Source: a virus
Reading direction: 5' to 3' (one strand)
DNA: 64,000 nucleotides
Virus record (IMG/VR): IMGVR_UViG_3300050119_000104
Coordinates: 32,001 to 96,000 of that record
The notes beneath the pieces were generated by a model. That model did not search any database. It saw only the letters and a program-made list of their open reading frames with translations, and was not told the DNA's origin. Every line of letters starts with the position of its first letter. Within the stretch, counting starts at the first letter, position 1. A program made the translations under genes and the position numbers. This document shows positions 26,442 to 36,695 of the stretch, in pieces.

Positions 26442-27590
26442 ATGACCAATGTTTCCACCACGATTGCGGATGTGATCGTCCCCGAAGTTTTCACCCCGTA
26501 CACGCAGCAGCTTACGATGGAAAAGACCGCAATTATCCAGAGCGGTATCGCTGCCCGTGACGACTTCATCGACAATTTGCTTGCTGGCGGCGGCTTGACC
26601 TTCACGGTCCCGTCCTGGCAGGACATCGGCGATCCGGCCGAGAATGTGTCAAGCGACGACGCCAACACGTTCTCGACTCCGAACGCCACGCAGACGAGCG
26701 CCGAAGTTGCGGTGCGACTCTCGCGCAACAGTTCTTGGAGCACGATGCGTCTCGCGACCGCCCTGGCCGGTGCCGACCCGATGCAAAGCATCGCGGCTCG
26801 CGTTTCCGACTATTGGGTCCGTCGATTGCAGCGGGCATTCGTTGCCGCTGCTGCAGGCGTCTTCGCCACCAATGAGTTGTCCGATCCGACCGATGGTCGC
26901 TCGCACAACATCGGCCTCAATGCCGCCTACGGCAATATGGCTGATCTGACTCAGGATATCAGCACGGGCGGCTACGCTGCCGGTGTGTCCGACTTCTCCG
27001 CCTCCGCGTTCATCGACACCTGTTCGTTGCTCGGCGACGCCGCCGAGGACGTGACGGCAGTGTTCATGCACTCGGTGGTCTACGCCAAGGCGCAGAAGAA
27101 CAACCTCATCGACTTCATTCCTGATGCGGAAGGTCACGTCAATATCCCGACCTTCCTCGGACGGCGCGTGGTCGTTGACGACGGCATGCCCAACCCGGCC
27201 GGTGACTCGACTGCCGGTGCCTCCACCTCAAGTGGCGTCTACCACACGTGGCTCGTTGGCCCCGCGTCGTTCCGCCTGGGTGTCGGCACGCCAATCGTCC
27301 CCACCGAAGTTTTCCGTTACCCGGCTCAGGGCAACGGCGCAGGCTCGGACGTTCTGTTCAATCGCGTCGAGTGGTGTCTCCATCCCGTTGGCCATGCCTA
27401 CGTCGGCACCAACTCGAATGGCGGCCCGACCAACGCGAACCTCGCGGCGGCACCCTCGTTCGTCCGCGTGTTCCCGGAGCGCAAGCAGATCAAGCTCGCC
27501 CGCCTCATCACGGCGGAGTCAATCGCCAACCCTGGCGCATACCGCGCCGATCCGGCTGGCACTGAGAGCGGCGGTCTGTGGACTCGCTAA
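26442..27590 (+). CDS. major capsid protein
   Basis: TTIADVIVPEVFTPY...SGI, VPSWQD, W..M.LA..L.GADPM..IA.RV..YW, RVVVDDGMP, FPERKQIKLARL. Confidence 0.9.
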   Translation: MTNVSTTIADVIVPEVFTPYTQQLTMEKTAIIQSGIAARDDFIDNLLAGGGLTFTVPSWQDIGDPAENVSSDDANTFSTPNATQTSAEVAVRLSRNSSWSTMRLATALAGADPMQSIAARVSDYWVRRLQRAFVAAAAGVFATNELSDPTDGRSHNIGLNAAYGNMADLTQDISTGGYAAGVSDFSASAFIDTCSLLGDAAEDVTAVFMHSVVYAKAQKNNLIDFIPDAEGHVNIPTFLGRRVVVDDGMPNPAGDSTAGASTSSGVYHTWLVGPASFRLGVGTPIVPTEVFRYPAQGNGAGSDVLFNRVEWCLHPVGHAYVGTNSNGGPTNANLAAAPSFVRVFPERKQIKLARLITAESIANPGAYRADPAGTESGGLWTR

Positions 27591-27667
27591 CCCGGTTTGA
27601 AAAGATAGTCGGATGCCAACTTAGACTTGGCATCCGAGCCTTTTCTTAAACCAAAGGAAGCACCATC

Positions 27668-27916
27668 ATGGCCATCGATGAGCCCTTCAAACCCGATACC
27701 AAGGCGTCGCCCCGACTTTACCGTCGGCATCAGCGTTACGCCAACTATAGTCGCTTGCGCTACGGCGCGCAGGAGCGCGCATGGTTGACTCAGCAAGCCG
27801 AGCGCTTGGAGTCGGCGGGCGCGGATCAGACGATTTTCGATTATTTGTACACCAACACGGCGGGCGAGATTAAGTTAGCGACCAACGTGTCGCACCTGAA
27901 CCCAGGTCGCGTTTAA
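27668..27916 (+). CDS. hypothetical protein
   Basis: RBS AGGAAG; ORF. Confidence 0.6.
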   Translation: MAIDEPFKPDTKASPRLYRRHQRYANYSRLRYGAQERAWLTQQAERLESAGADQTIFDYLYTNTAGEIKLATNVSHLNPGRV

Positions 27917-27965
27917 AGTTTCGGTGCGCGGTTTGAAGGGGGACTTCCGGCCGCCCACTGAGATC

Positions 27966-27989
27966 GGCCGGGGTCGCAAGACCCCGGCC
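27966..27989 (+). terminator. GC-rich hairpin, probable terminator
   Basis: GGCCGGGGTC-GCAA-GACCCCGGCC. Confidence 0.55.
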
Positions 27990-28053
27990 ACGATTTTACG
28001 AGCTTCGCCATTCATGAGAATGGTGCATGTCCCCAAGCTGAACGAGGATTATC

Positions 28054-28713
28054 ATGACTGACCAAGCCAAGTACCACGAGAAGATCAAGACTGCGCTCGC
28101 GCAACTGGACCACGACGATGCCGACTCATGGACCGAAGATGGTCTGCCTCGCACAGGCATCGTCCAGAAACTCTTAAACGATCAGACAATCCGGCGACAA
28201 GATATCGGCGATGCGTGGCCCGGTTTCGTCCGCAAGGTCTCAGTGACCGCGCCTATTGAACCAACTGCAACGGACCCAGGTCCGAAAGCGGATGGTGGCA
28301 CAACGTTGGTCGATCCCATTGAACCAATCGCGCCAGTCGATACGCGGCCGACCGAAGCTGAGTATCGAGCGAAGCTCAATCAGGATGTGGTCGATGCCGA
28401 GATGGCATATATCGCCAACAAGAAAGAGCTTGCGGTCTGCCATGGCCGCGAGCAGCCGCTCCGGTTGGAGATCGAGCGCACGAAAAAGGTTCGTGCCGCC
28501 GCGTTCCCACCGATGACCGCCGCGCAGAATATCAAGGAATATCTTGCCGGTGAGCATCAAAAGCGAATTGAAACTTCACGACTCAATCAGGTCGATGCGG
28601 CGATGGGGAAAGGCAACACCCTGGGTTGGAAGCGTCCTGTCCGTCCCATGATCGGGGTTGATGGCAACGTGGTTATGCCCATCGCGCGGGATAAAATCCG
28701 CCGGACCGGGTAA
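28054..28713 (+). CDS. hypothetical head-associated protein
   Basis: ALAQLDHDDADSWTEDGLP motif; RBS GAGGA. Confidence 0.65.
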   Translation: MTDQAKYHEKIKTALAQLDHDDADSWTEDGLPRTGIVQKLLNDQTIRRQDIGDAWPGFVRKVSVTAPIEPTATDPGPKADGGTTLVDPIEPIAPVDTRPTEAEYRAKLNQDVVDAEMAYIANKKELAVCHGREQPLRLEIERTKKVRAAAFPPMTAAQNIKEYLAGEHQKRIETSRLNQVDAAMGKGNTLGWKRPVRPMIGVDGNVVMPIARDKIRRTG

Positions 28714-28741
28714 TCTCCGGCCGGAATAAAAGGTCGGAACG

Positions 28742-29038
28742 ATGAGCGCACTTCTCAATCCTCCGTACCGGCCGACCGCTGAAATGCAGGCGGGGCTTTA
28801 CTATGCCCGCCGTCGCAATCGGGCACGTCAAGCTCTCCAAAATTTGCCGTTATGGTCCGCCGATCTCTCGGTGGCTGATGGGGCGTATTATCAGTATGGC
28901 GGCAACGCCTATCAAGCGCTCGGGGCGGGGACAACCGGCTCGACTGCACCTATTGTTGATCGCGGTCAGCAGTCAGATGGAGCGGTCAATTGGGTATATG
29001 TTGATCCGCAAGTGCTCATCGGGCGGGTGCTGCCATGA
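28742..29038 (+). CDS. small protein with a CBM-like W..Y..G motif
   Basis: W.ADLSV.DG.YYQYGGNAY....GTTG.TAP....DGAVNW. Confidence 0.55.
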   Translation: MSALLNPPYRPTAEMQAGLYYARRRNRARQALQNLPLWSADLSVADGAYYQYGGNAYQALGAGTTGSTAPIVDRGQQSDGAVNWVYVDPQVLIGRVLP

Positions 29039-29949
29039 GTATCATTTTCGCGCAGCAGGACAGGACGGGCACCGTAGCTCAGATCACGGTCGCCGCCGCG
29101 CCCGCTAATCCAATTGCCGTCAATGACACCGGAACCATTGCAGGCGTGCAACCGTGGAACGGCAACGAAGTGTCACTCGCGTTCACGGTCGGGCAAATCC
29201 TGAACACGGCGCAATTCGGTATCACGACCGCGCTTCCGAACGGCGCGGGTCCTGGCGAAGTGCTGCAAAGTGGATGGCCAGAAGCAGGCAGTGTAATCAC
29301 GTGGATCACTGGCGCGAATGCCGAGACGACTTCCGCCGTGACGCAGATGGTTCCAGCCAACGCCTACATCACGTCGAATTTCTTCAAGGAATATCACGCC
29401 TCACGCGGCAACGTGTACGGCACACCGACGACCGCGCAATTGCAGCAGGCAATAGTTCAAGGCACGGACTATCTCGATCAGTGGTATCGCTTCAAAGGCG
29501 TGAAGCTCCTGCAATTTCTTGGCGGCAACGATATCCTCGATCCGATGCTGCCATTTATTGATCCGTGGCTTAGCCCGTTCGGTTTCACTCAAACTGCATT
29601 CTATGTACCGAGCACTACGCAACAGGCAACGGAATGGCCTCGTCAGGGCGTGGTCGATTTCAATGGTGATAACGTATACGGAATTCCAAAAGCAATTTCA
29701 TTCGGGTGCGCGGAGCTTGCGCTTCGCATGATCAATGGCATCATCCTCCAACCGGATTACGATCCGACTGTCGTGTTAGCCGGAGCCATCATTGAGTCAG
29801 CTTCCCAGGAGGTCGGCCCAATCAAGGTGTCCGCGACTTATGATACCAAGCTCGGGATCGGATTTTTCGCGGACTTCCCGCACGTGAGTCGTTTATTGGC
29901 GAAGGCGGGACTCTTGATTGCTTCTGGCGGCCACCAGATTATTAGGTGA
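29035..29949 (+). CDS. head-tail adaptor (DnaT-like family)
   Basis: ANAYIT..FF.EYHA.RG, AIVQGTDYLD, EWPR, IP.AI..GCAELAL. Confidence 0.8.
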   Translation: MSIIFAQQDRTGTVAQITVAAAPANPIAVNDTGTIAGVQPWNGNEVSLAFTVGQILNTAQFGITTALPNGAGPGEVLQSGWPEAGSVITWITGANAETTSAVTQMVPANAYITSNFFKEYHASRGNVYGTPTTAQLQQAIVQGTDYLDQWYRFKGVKLLQFLGGNDILDPMLPFIDPWLSPFGFTQTAFYVPSTTQQATEWPRQGVVDFNGDNVYGIPKAISFGCAELALRMINGIILQPDYDPTVVLAGAIIESASQEVGPIKVSATYDTKLGIGFFADFPHVSRLLAKAGLLIASGGHQIIR

Positions 29950-29953
29950 TGGG

Positions 29954-30322
29954 ATGGCAGGAACCTTCAATTATCGAGCACTTGCGGCCGTCGCTGACAA
30001 GCTCATTCTGCAATTCGGCATGGCCGCATCGCTGCGCCCCGTCGGCGCAACGGATAGTTCGCAGGATCGTCCGTGCACAATTGTCATCACCGAGTATGAT
30101 CCGCACGATGCTGCGACCCAACTCACGAACCCGACCGACCGCAAAATCCTCATTGCGCCGGGATTGGGCGCAGTTCCAGGCCAGCCGCCTGACAATGAAA
30201 AAGACCAGATAGTCGTTCTCATTGGCCCGGATGCAGGCCGGGTGCTCCCATTTACAAGTCCGGTCAAGCTTTACTCGCCCGCCGGGATTATAGTCCTTTA
30301 TGAGTCAACGGTCCGTCGCTAA
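29954..30322 (+). CDS. head closure / head-tail joining protein
   Basis: FNY..L..VAD.LI..FG, TDRKILI; synteny. Confidence 0.7.
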   Translation: MAGTFNYRALAAVADKLILQFGMAASLRPVGATDSSQDRPCTIVITEYDPHDAATQLTNPTDRKILIAPGLGAVPGQPPDNEKDQIVVLIGPDAGRVLPFTSPVKLYSPAGIIVLYESTVRR

Positions 30323-30383
30323 ATTTACCCGGTTGCAGACGCCCCCGATCTATGGTTAATGACAGCCTGGAAGGCCCTGGAAT

Positions 30384-30902
30384 ATGACGCAGTTTGATCG
30401 ACGGCAGGCGATTTTGGTGGAGCTTGGTTCAATGCTGGCGGCGCTCGTGCCGACCATCGTTTTGACCGGGACGCAAGGAACGCCAGCGGGGTTTGCTACC
30501 GGAGGCTACGTGCACAATCGCAACGAGCTTCCACAAGGTTTAGTCCCTGGCATCATTCTGTTAGATGCTGATGAGTTACCTGGGGGAACGCCGGTAATAC
30601 CCGGCCGGGCGCAGACAAGGATCGCGCCGCAGATAATGAAGATGACGCCGGAAATTTACGTCGTGTTGGACGTGCGAAAGCCGAACAACTTAAACGTGGG
30701 AGAGGATTTAGATTTAGCGCGGATCGCGATCCTTCAAGGAATTTGGACGGATCAGACCCTGCTGAATTTGGTTAGTTCGAATGGACGAATTGTTGTTGAA
30801 GCCTGCGTGACCGATCTCGCGCGCAACCGGACGATGCAAGGCCAATTGGGAATTTCAATGTCGTTCTACTATCCACTGCTACCAAACGAGATCATCGGTT
30901 AA
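30384..30902 (+). CDS. tail terminator-like protein
   Basis: Size, synteny, LP.IILLDADE pattern. Confidence 0.6.
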   Translation: MTQFDRRQAILVELGSMLAALVPTIVLTGTQGTPAGFATGGYVHNRNELPQGLVPGIILLDADELPGGTPVIPGRAQTRIAPQIMKMTPEIYVVLDVRKPNNLNVGEDLDLARIAILQGIWTDQTLLNLVSSNGRIVVEACVTDLARNRTMQGQLGISMSFYYPLLPNEIIG

Positions 30903-31013
30903 ACGAGCGCGAAAATGCCGAAGCAAGTCGGTCGAGCAGATCATCCAATCGTATGCTTTACTCATGCGATCCATAGTTTCACACCCGTGCTCGCTGCATA
31001 AAGGGAGGCTCCC

Positions 31014-31586
31014 ATGGCTGGATTTCTCGATATTGAGGGCAGTTTAACCTCCCCCAACATAGGCAATTATTACATCGGCCGTGGCGTGGTCTCAATCAAA
31101 GTTCTCGGTGAGGAAGTATTCACTGATTGCGGCAACTGCCCGACGTTCGAATTCTTGGCGAAGGTAACGCAACTCGATCACTATTCGAGTCGTTCCGGTG
31201 TCCGCGTCAAGGATTTCGTCGCGACTACGCAAATCAGCGGCATGCTGACGATGGTCCTTGAGGAATTCACCGCGCGCAACATGGGTTTCGCTATGCTTGG
31301 GGTCACCCCGACCGTTGGCAGCGGTCCGTCGCCGTTGGAGGAAACCCTCGACATCTTCTCGACGCCCGTCCTGTACGCCGCCGTGCAATTCGTTGGCGAC
31401 TCGCTCGTCGGCCCGGCATGGACGGTTGAATTCCCGCTCGTGCAACTGACCCCGAACAAGGCCATTTCGTTGATCGGCAATACCTGGGGCACGCTCGATC
31501 TACAGGGCGACGTTCTGTTCGACCAAGCCAGCGGCACTTTCGGCACTGCATTCGTCTCGCTGCCGAATAGCCCGGTCAAGGACTAA
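31014..31586 (+). CDS. major tail tube protein
   Basis: YYIGRGVV, GNCP.FEF, DHYSSRSGVRVKD, W...DL.G.VL. Confidence 0.85.
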   Translation: MAGFLDIEGSLTSPNIGNYYIGRGVVSIKVLGEEVFTDCGNCPTFEFLAKVTQLDHYSSRSGVRVKDFVATTQISGMLTMVLEEFTARNMGFAMLGVTPTVGSGPSPLEETLDIFSTPVLYAAVQFVGDSLVGPAWTVEFPLVQLTPNKAISLIGNTWGTLDLQGDVLFDQASGTFGTAFVSLPNSPVKD

Positions 31587-31688
31587 ATACGCAAGCGCGT
31601 ATATTTTGACTTTAAGCGCACTCGCGTATAAAAAGGTCGGCACCTGCGTGTAGGGTGCCGACATCTGCACACCCCCCGGAGGCTCCCA

Positions 31689-32078
31689 ATGACAGATCAA
31701 CCGCAACCGCGTCCCTTCCCCGTCAAAGACTCAGGCGTAAAGCCTTTCGATCCCGCTCGGGAACAAAATGTGGCTTTGGACGCCAGCGCAACAGGCGCCC
31801 CGTGGCCCTTCCCAGGAGCCCACACAGCCGATCCTGCGCCTGCCGCCCCACATACCCAGCCAACACCTGCGGCCGTCCCTGCGACGCCCGGTGCCCCGCC
31901 TGCGGTCAATTCCCCGGTGTCGGAGCCTGCGACTGCGCCGCTCCCGGCCGCCGTGCATGCCGCGCCCCCGAGCAAGACCTCGCAAGAGCGGCTACTCATC
32001 CAGCGGCAAACACAGAAACCCGCCGCGCTCGGGCCGAATTCGACAACGACCCCACCCTACCCCGGCTACGGCCGATAA
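31689..32078 (+). CDS. Pro/Ala-rich hypothetical protein
   Basis: RBS GGAGG; ORF. Confidence 0.55.
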   Translation: MTDQPQPRPFPVKDSGVKPFDPAREQNVALDASATGAPWPFPGAHTADPAPAAPHTQPTPAAVPATPGAPPAVNSPVSEPATAPLPAAVHAAPPSKTSQERLLIQRQTQKPAALGPNSTTTPPYPGYGR

Positions 32079-32101
32079 CAGAGGAAAAGGAAGTCCCCCA
32101 A

Positions 32102-32575
32102 ATGGCGAAAGAACAAGGTTTGAGTTTGATTGATATCGGCGGCGCTCAGGAACAGGTCCCGGTTAGGGGTATGAATCTGAATATAACAGGCGTATCGGCT
32201 CGGGGCGCTATCTCGCTTATCCAGCGCTTCCCCGACATGCAGAAGTGGTTTTCCGGTGGCGGCTTAACCGCCGCAGAAATGATTGTAGCTGGACCCGATG
32301 TCATTGCAGCTATCATCGCCGCCGGAACGGGGCACCTAAACGATGAGGCACATGAGAAAGTCGCGGACGAGCTTCCTGTTGAAGTGCAACTTGATATTTT
32401 AGAGGCTATAGGTCGCGTGACCTTTAAGAGTGGTTTCGGCCCTTTCGTGAAACGGATCGTCGCCCTGTCCAACGCAGTCGCATCCGTAAATTATGGAAAG
32501 GGACCGGATACGAACTTGCGGCCAGCGTCGAAGCCCTCATCGCCGGAGGCCATGGAGCCAGTGCCTGGGACTTAA
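32102..32575 (+). CDS. tail assembly chaperone (G); a -1 frame extension to 32721 would give GT
   Basis: Between tail tube and tape measure; open -1 frame VEALIAGGH..AWDLTPRQI; slippery C CCT TTC at 32440-32446. Confidence 0.75.
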   Translation: MAKEQGLSLIDIGGAQEQVPVRGMNLNITGVSARGAISLIQRFPDMQKWFSGGGLTAAEMIVAGPDVIAAIIAAGTGHLNDEAHEKVADELPVEVQLDILEAIGRVTFKSGFGPFVKRIVALSNAVASVNYGKGPDTNLRPASKPSSPEAMEPVPGT

Positions 32576-32721
32576 CTCCCCGCCAAATCTCGGCCTACTC
32601 GTTCTTGGCCGCTCGACGACGCGAACGGGAGTTGTACGAACAACTCGCGCTGATCTCGCTTGGGAATAGCCAAGACGGTAAGGCGATCAAAGCGCAGTTG
32701 GGGGAGTGGGAGGATACTTAG

Positions 32722-33264
32722 GTGGCGAATATCCGTATCATCGTCAGTAACCCGGGCCCTGAATTCGTCAAGAACATGGCCGGACTTGGCGACCGCATGG
32801 ATGCGGCAATTAATACCGCTTCCAACATGGCCGCATCGATGATCCAGGACTCGTGTCGAGCCGATATTAAATCAGCCGGGGGGTTTGGTTCACGATGGAC
32901 TGATGGCTTGAATGTTAAGGTCGATCCTTACGGCGCGAGTGGGCGGCAACTGACAATCACGCACGATATCCCCTACGCCGATATTTTTGAGACCGGCGGA
33001 ACGATCACGGGTCGGCCACTATTATGGATTGGCTTAAGCGGTACCGACGCGGAGGGTGTCCCTCCTAGTGAGTACAGCGGGGGCTTATTTTCGATCCGTC
33101 GTCCCAGCGGTGATCCTTTATTGTTCTCGATCAGCGACAAACTACCAAAATACTTCGGAATTTCGAGCGTGACTATTCCGCAGAAATTCCATTTCGCCGA
33201 AGATGTCGCGACAGTGATGGGTAACTTCCAATCGATCTTTGATATTGCATGGAAAGCCGCGTGA
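32722..33264 (+). CDS. neck/tail completion protein
   Basis: I.H.IPYA.IFE.GGTI.G.PLLWI pattern. Confidence 0.6.
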   Translation: MANIRIIVSNPGPEFVKNMAGLGDRMDAAINTASNMAASMIQDSCRADIKSAGGFGSRWTDGLNVKVDPYGASGRQLTITHDIPYADIFETGGTITGRPLLWIGLSGTDAEGVPPSEYSGGLFSIRRPSGDPLLFSISDKLPKYFGISSVTIPQKFHFAEDVATVMGNFQSIFDIAWKAA

Positions 33265-33265
33265 G

Positions 33266-35770
33266 ATGTCTGATATTATCCAAAGAATTTTAATTGAGGG
33301 CGGCGGTGAAGCAGGCGCGCAATTCGCTGAACTTGGCGAAACCGGCGTTGAGGCATTCCAAAAAATTGCGGAGGCGGCCGAAACTGCTGGTGCAGGTCTT
33401 ACCATTTTCAGCGGCGGCACACTCGCGATCATTGCCGCGATTGCAGCCGTGGTGATCGCCATCGCTGAATTTGAAAAAGTGCAAGCGGAGGCCGTCGTGT
33501 CAACGGCTGCGCTCGGTGAAGCTTTTGGTACTACGGCCGCCGGGGTCCAAGGTTTGCGCGAAGCATTTGAGGAATTTGGGGTCACAGCCGAAGCCACAAG
33601 CCGTGCGATGGCACGCACTGTCCAGGAAATCGATCAAGCGTGGTCTGGTATCCAAGCATCCATCCGTAACGCGGGCACCGCACATGAGGCAAGTGCCGAA
33701 CGAATAGCAGCAGCAGATCAGCGCATTTCAAATGCGGCGAGTGAGTCGGCCGCGAAATCGGAGGATTGGGCACAGACTATGAAGAAAGACGCGCTCTCGG
33801 TCGCCGAGGCGTGGGAAAATCTGAAAAACTCCGCTAGTGATATGGCATCATCGGCGACGCACGATCTGCAATCGATAGCTGGTGCGTCACTTAGCGTTGA
33901 AGAAGCTGAGTTGAAGCTCAAAGAATTCCAAACCGGCCACAAGGATCAAGCGGCCGAGCATGCTCTGCAAGGCAGGCGTCTTGAGCAAGGCGTGAAAGAC
34001 GCGCGACAACATCAGTCGGATGCGAGCGACGCTGCGCTGAAACACATGGAAGATGACCCGCTGAAACAGGCGAAGGCAAGGCAGGCTTACGACGATGCGC
34101 AGAAAAAAATCAGCGACGATAATCGGAAGCAGGCGCAGGAGCAGGCCGATCAATCCCTTAAAGATAGAGAGCAAGCAACTTCGGCGAAGAAAGCACGCGA
34201 GGCTGACTATAATGCCTCCTTAAAAGATTTGGATAACATTCGCGCGGCAATCGAGGGCGGCGGCGTCGGTGGCGGAATTAATCTCAAGGACGTGAGTCTA
34301 GGCGATCTAAAACGCGCGACCATTTATGGCGCGGGAAAAGATCAGGCAGGTGGCGAGAAACCTACTGGCGCAGATGTATGGAAAGAGGCTACCGAGAACG
34401 TTCGCAAATTCGGCATGAGCGCCAACGAAGCGGCAAAAATCATGGGTTTCGGCGGCCGCGCTGGAACCATGGATGCTGCTGGGGCAGCGAAAGCACTCAA
34501 ACAAACAGATATCGGTGGCACGATAGCGGACGCGGATAAGGACAGTTCGAAACTTCAACCTTCTAATGTTGCGAACGCGGAAAATATAGTTGGTGCGAGT
34601 GCACGAGTTAGCGGTAAATTCAGTGAGATTGCGGCAAAGGTTGCTACCGCCAATACCGGCCTCGGAGGTTTTACTCAGGCGCTCACCTCCGCAACAACCG
34701 CTCTTAAAAATAGCGGCGGTGGCAGCGGCGGTGATTTAACTGAGGCCCCCCTCGGTCACGCTAAGGGCGGCATGATCAAGGCGCGCGTGTCCAATGGCGA
34801 ATTCGTCATGGGGGCTGGAGCAGTAAAGCGTTTCGGTTCTGGTTTCATGCACGCCGTGAACGGTGGGCTCGTTCCTCACTTCGCCGAAGGTGGGGATGTA
34901 GGCGATGATGGGAACGATCCCGTTAAAGAAGCTCAGAAGGCATCAGATGATCATTACGCGTCGATGCCACGTGGTTTGCATGGTGCGGCAGCGGAAAAAT
35001 TTGATCAAGAACAACGGGTGCTCATAGCCAAAGTAAATAGCGCGAGGAAGAAAGCTGCCCAGGCAGAGATGAAGGCCGATATTCAGCGTGCTGAGGTATG
35101 GAACAACAACATGGGCCATCCCTCAATGAGTATCAATGATCCCACGCGGGACATGAACGACCCTACTCGGATGGTTCCTTCAAATTATCAGGGTCCTGCT
35201 CCTGGTCCAGGCCCTTATTCCTCACCCTACAAAACGTCCGACGCCTCATCGGATACCAGCACCGCGCCTCAGCAAGTTGCGGACAGCGGTAGATTTGATG
35301 TAGCAGAAATGCCCATAATGGGTGTAAAAGGTGCGGACGATGCACGGATGAGTAGTGGACCGGAGGGTCAGCCCCCGCCATCACTGCCGTGGGCGGAGTC
35401 GGCAGAAGGCGGTGAAATTCACGGCGCGGGCACTGGCACAAGCGATAGTATTCATGCGATGCTATCACACGGCGAATTTGTCATGAAAGCGGCGTCGGTG
35501 CAAAACTACGGCACTGACTTCATGCACGCAATCAACAATATGGGCTATGCAATGGGCGGCCCCGTCGTGTCGCCAATTCACATGGCGGCCGGGGGCTCGG
35601 CAGGCGGCGGGGGCAGTGGCGGCAGAGGCGGCGGGACACCAATCCATTTGCATCTTGACGGCCAGGAATTTGTGACGCACGCGGCGGATCACGTCGCGGC
35701 GAGCCTCAAGACACACGCGATCAGTCAACAGACAACTTCAACTGGACGCAAACCAAGCTGGATGCGCTAA
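33266..35770 (+). CDS. tape measure-like protein
   Basis: Ala/Glu/Lys helical tract, HAKGG, GTGTSDSIHAMLSHGEFVM motifs. Confidence 0.85.
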   Translation: MSDIIQRILIEGGGEAGAQFAELGETGVEAFQKIAEAAETAGAGLTIFSGGTLAIIAAIAAVVIAIAEFEKVQAEAVVSTAALGEAFGTTAAGVQGLREAFEEFGVTAEATSRAMARTVQEIDQAWSGIQASIRNAGTAHEASAERIAAADQRISNAASESAAKSEDWAQTMKKDALSVAEAWENLKNSASDMASSATHDLQSIAGASLSVEEAELKLKEFQTGHKDQAAEHALQGRRLEQGVKDARQHQSDASDAALKHMEDDPLKQAKARQAYDDAQKKISDDNRKQAQEQADQSLKDREQATSAKKAREADYNASLKDLDNIRAAIEGGGVGGGINLKDVSLGDLKRATIYGAGKDQAGGEKPTGADVWKEATENVRKFGMSANEAAKIMGFGGRAGTMDAAGAAKALKQTDIGGTIADADKDSSKLQPSNVANAENIVGASARVSGKFSEIAAKVATANTGLGGFTQALTSATTALKNSGGGSGGDLTEAPLGHAKGGMIKARVSNGEFVMGAGAVKRFGSGFMHAVNGGLVPHFAEGGDVGDDGNDPVKEAQKASDDHYASMPRGLHGAAAEKFDQEQRVLIAKVNSARKKAAQAEMKADIQRAEVWNNNMGHPSMSINDPTRDMNDPTRMVPSNYQGPAPGPGPYSSPYKTSDASSDTSTAPQQVADSGRFDVAEMPIMGVKGADDARMSSGPEGQPPPSLPWAESAEGGEIHGAGTGTSDSIHAMLSHGEFVMKAASVQNYGTDFMHAINNMGYAMGGPVVSPIHMAAGGSAGGGGSGGRGGGTPIHLHLDGQEFVTHAADHVAASLKTHAISQQTTSTGRKPSWMR

Positions 35771-35771
35771 C

Positions 35772-36254
35772 ATGAGCATGACCTTGGAAAACGAACTGCC
35801 CTGGTCGCCGACATCATCGCCGCCGTCCGATACGCTACTGACAATCTCGGGCTTCGGTTCGATGCTTTATCAGGCACGCGGTCTGACGCAGACGCTAGAA
35901 GTTATCAAGCAGGCCAATCAACAAAATCGCACCATCAACGGCGTCCTCTTGGATATCTCCAATCCGATCTTTCGCAAGTATTCGAGCAAGATCACATGCA
36001 CCGACATAGATGCGCCGCCGCTTGATAATATCTGGCCAGGGATGACCGTCACAGTTGATTGCGCCGCGACGCTCTGCTATCCCACGGGGCGCTCGGGTTC
36101 GCCCGCGCGCACGGAGGTAAGCGGATCGAGTTGGACTCAGGGGGCTTTCACATTCTACCGGCCGGTGCTGACAATGCTCGTCGGTAACCCAACCGAGCAC
36201 TTTGAGGAGTGGAAATCCGATGTGGTATGGTCTTTGGATTTGGAGGAAGTATAA
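35772..36254 (+). CDS. distal tail (Dit)-like protein
   Basis: Follows the tape measure; RTINGVL.D....FRKY.S.I. Confidence 0.65.
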   Translation: MSMTLENELPWSPTSSPPSDTLLTISGFGSMLYQARGLTQTLEVIKQANQQNRTINGVLLDISNPIFRKYSSKITCTDIDAPPLDNIWPGMTVTVDCAATLCYPTGRSGSPARTEVSGSSWTQGAFTFYRPVLTMLVGNPTEHFEEWKSDVVWSLDLEEV

Positions 36255-36255
36255 A

Positions 36256-36483
36256 ATGCTCGCGCTTCTCATGGTGGCGTGGCACCTCGTCCTTTTCACC
36301 GGGATCGATGGCAATATAATTCCGCTCAATCCTATCGCGGTTATAGCAGTCCGAGTGTCTCCCCCAGGATATGCCAAGGGCACCATGATCGTAACCGGCG
36401 GCGGCAGTTTTATCGTCAAGGAGTCAGTCACGGACGTGGTGCGCAGTCTCGAATGCGAATGTAACTTGAGGACACGGAAATGA
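36256..36483 (+). CDS. small FlbD-like protein
   Basis: L.LFTG.DG..I.LNP..V..V......T.I.......VKESV.DV. Confidence 0.55.
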   Translation: MLALLMVAWHLVLFTGIDGNIIPLNPIAVIAVRVSPPGYAKGTMIVTGGGSFIVKESVTDVVRSLECECNLRTRK

Positions 36484-36695
36484 AAGATGCCAAGGGCCAC
36501 GGTAGTGAAAAAACGGGAGCGAACGGTTCGATCCCGCCGAAGTTCATGCGCCCGCGCGCCACGCCCGCGCATCAACAAGATATAGTCAAGACGCTGCGCA
36601 CGGCGGTGATGCCTGACCTGAGCCGCGTCACGCAGATGCCGAAATGGCTTGCGTATTTTGGTAAGGCGCAACGTCGCGCTCGGAGACAATCATGA
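36480..36695 (+). CDS. small protein, KDAxGHGS motif
   Basis: MKDAKGHGSEK. Confidence 0.65.
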   Translation: MKDAKGHGSEKTGANGSIPPKFMRPRATPAHQQDIVKTLRTAVMPDLSRVTQMPKWLAYFGKAQRRARRQS

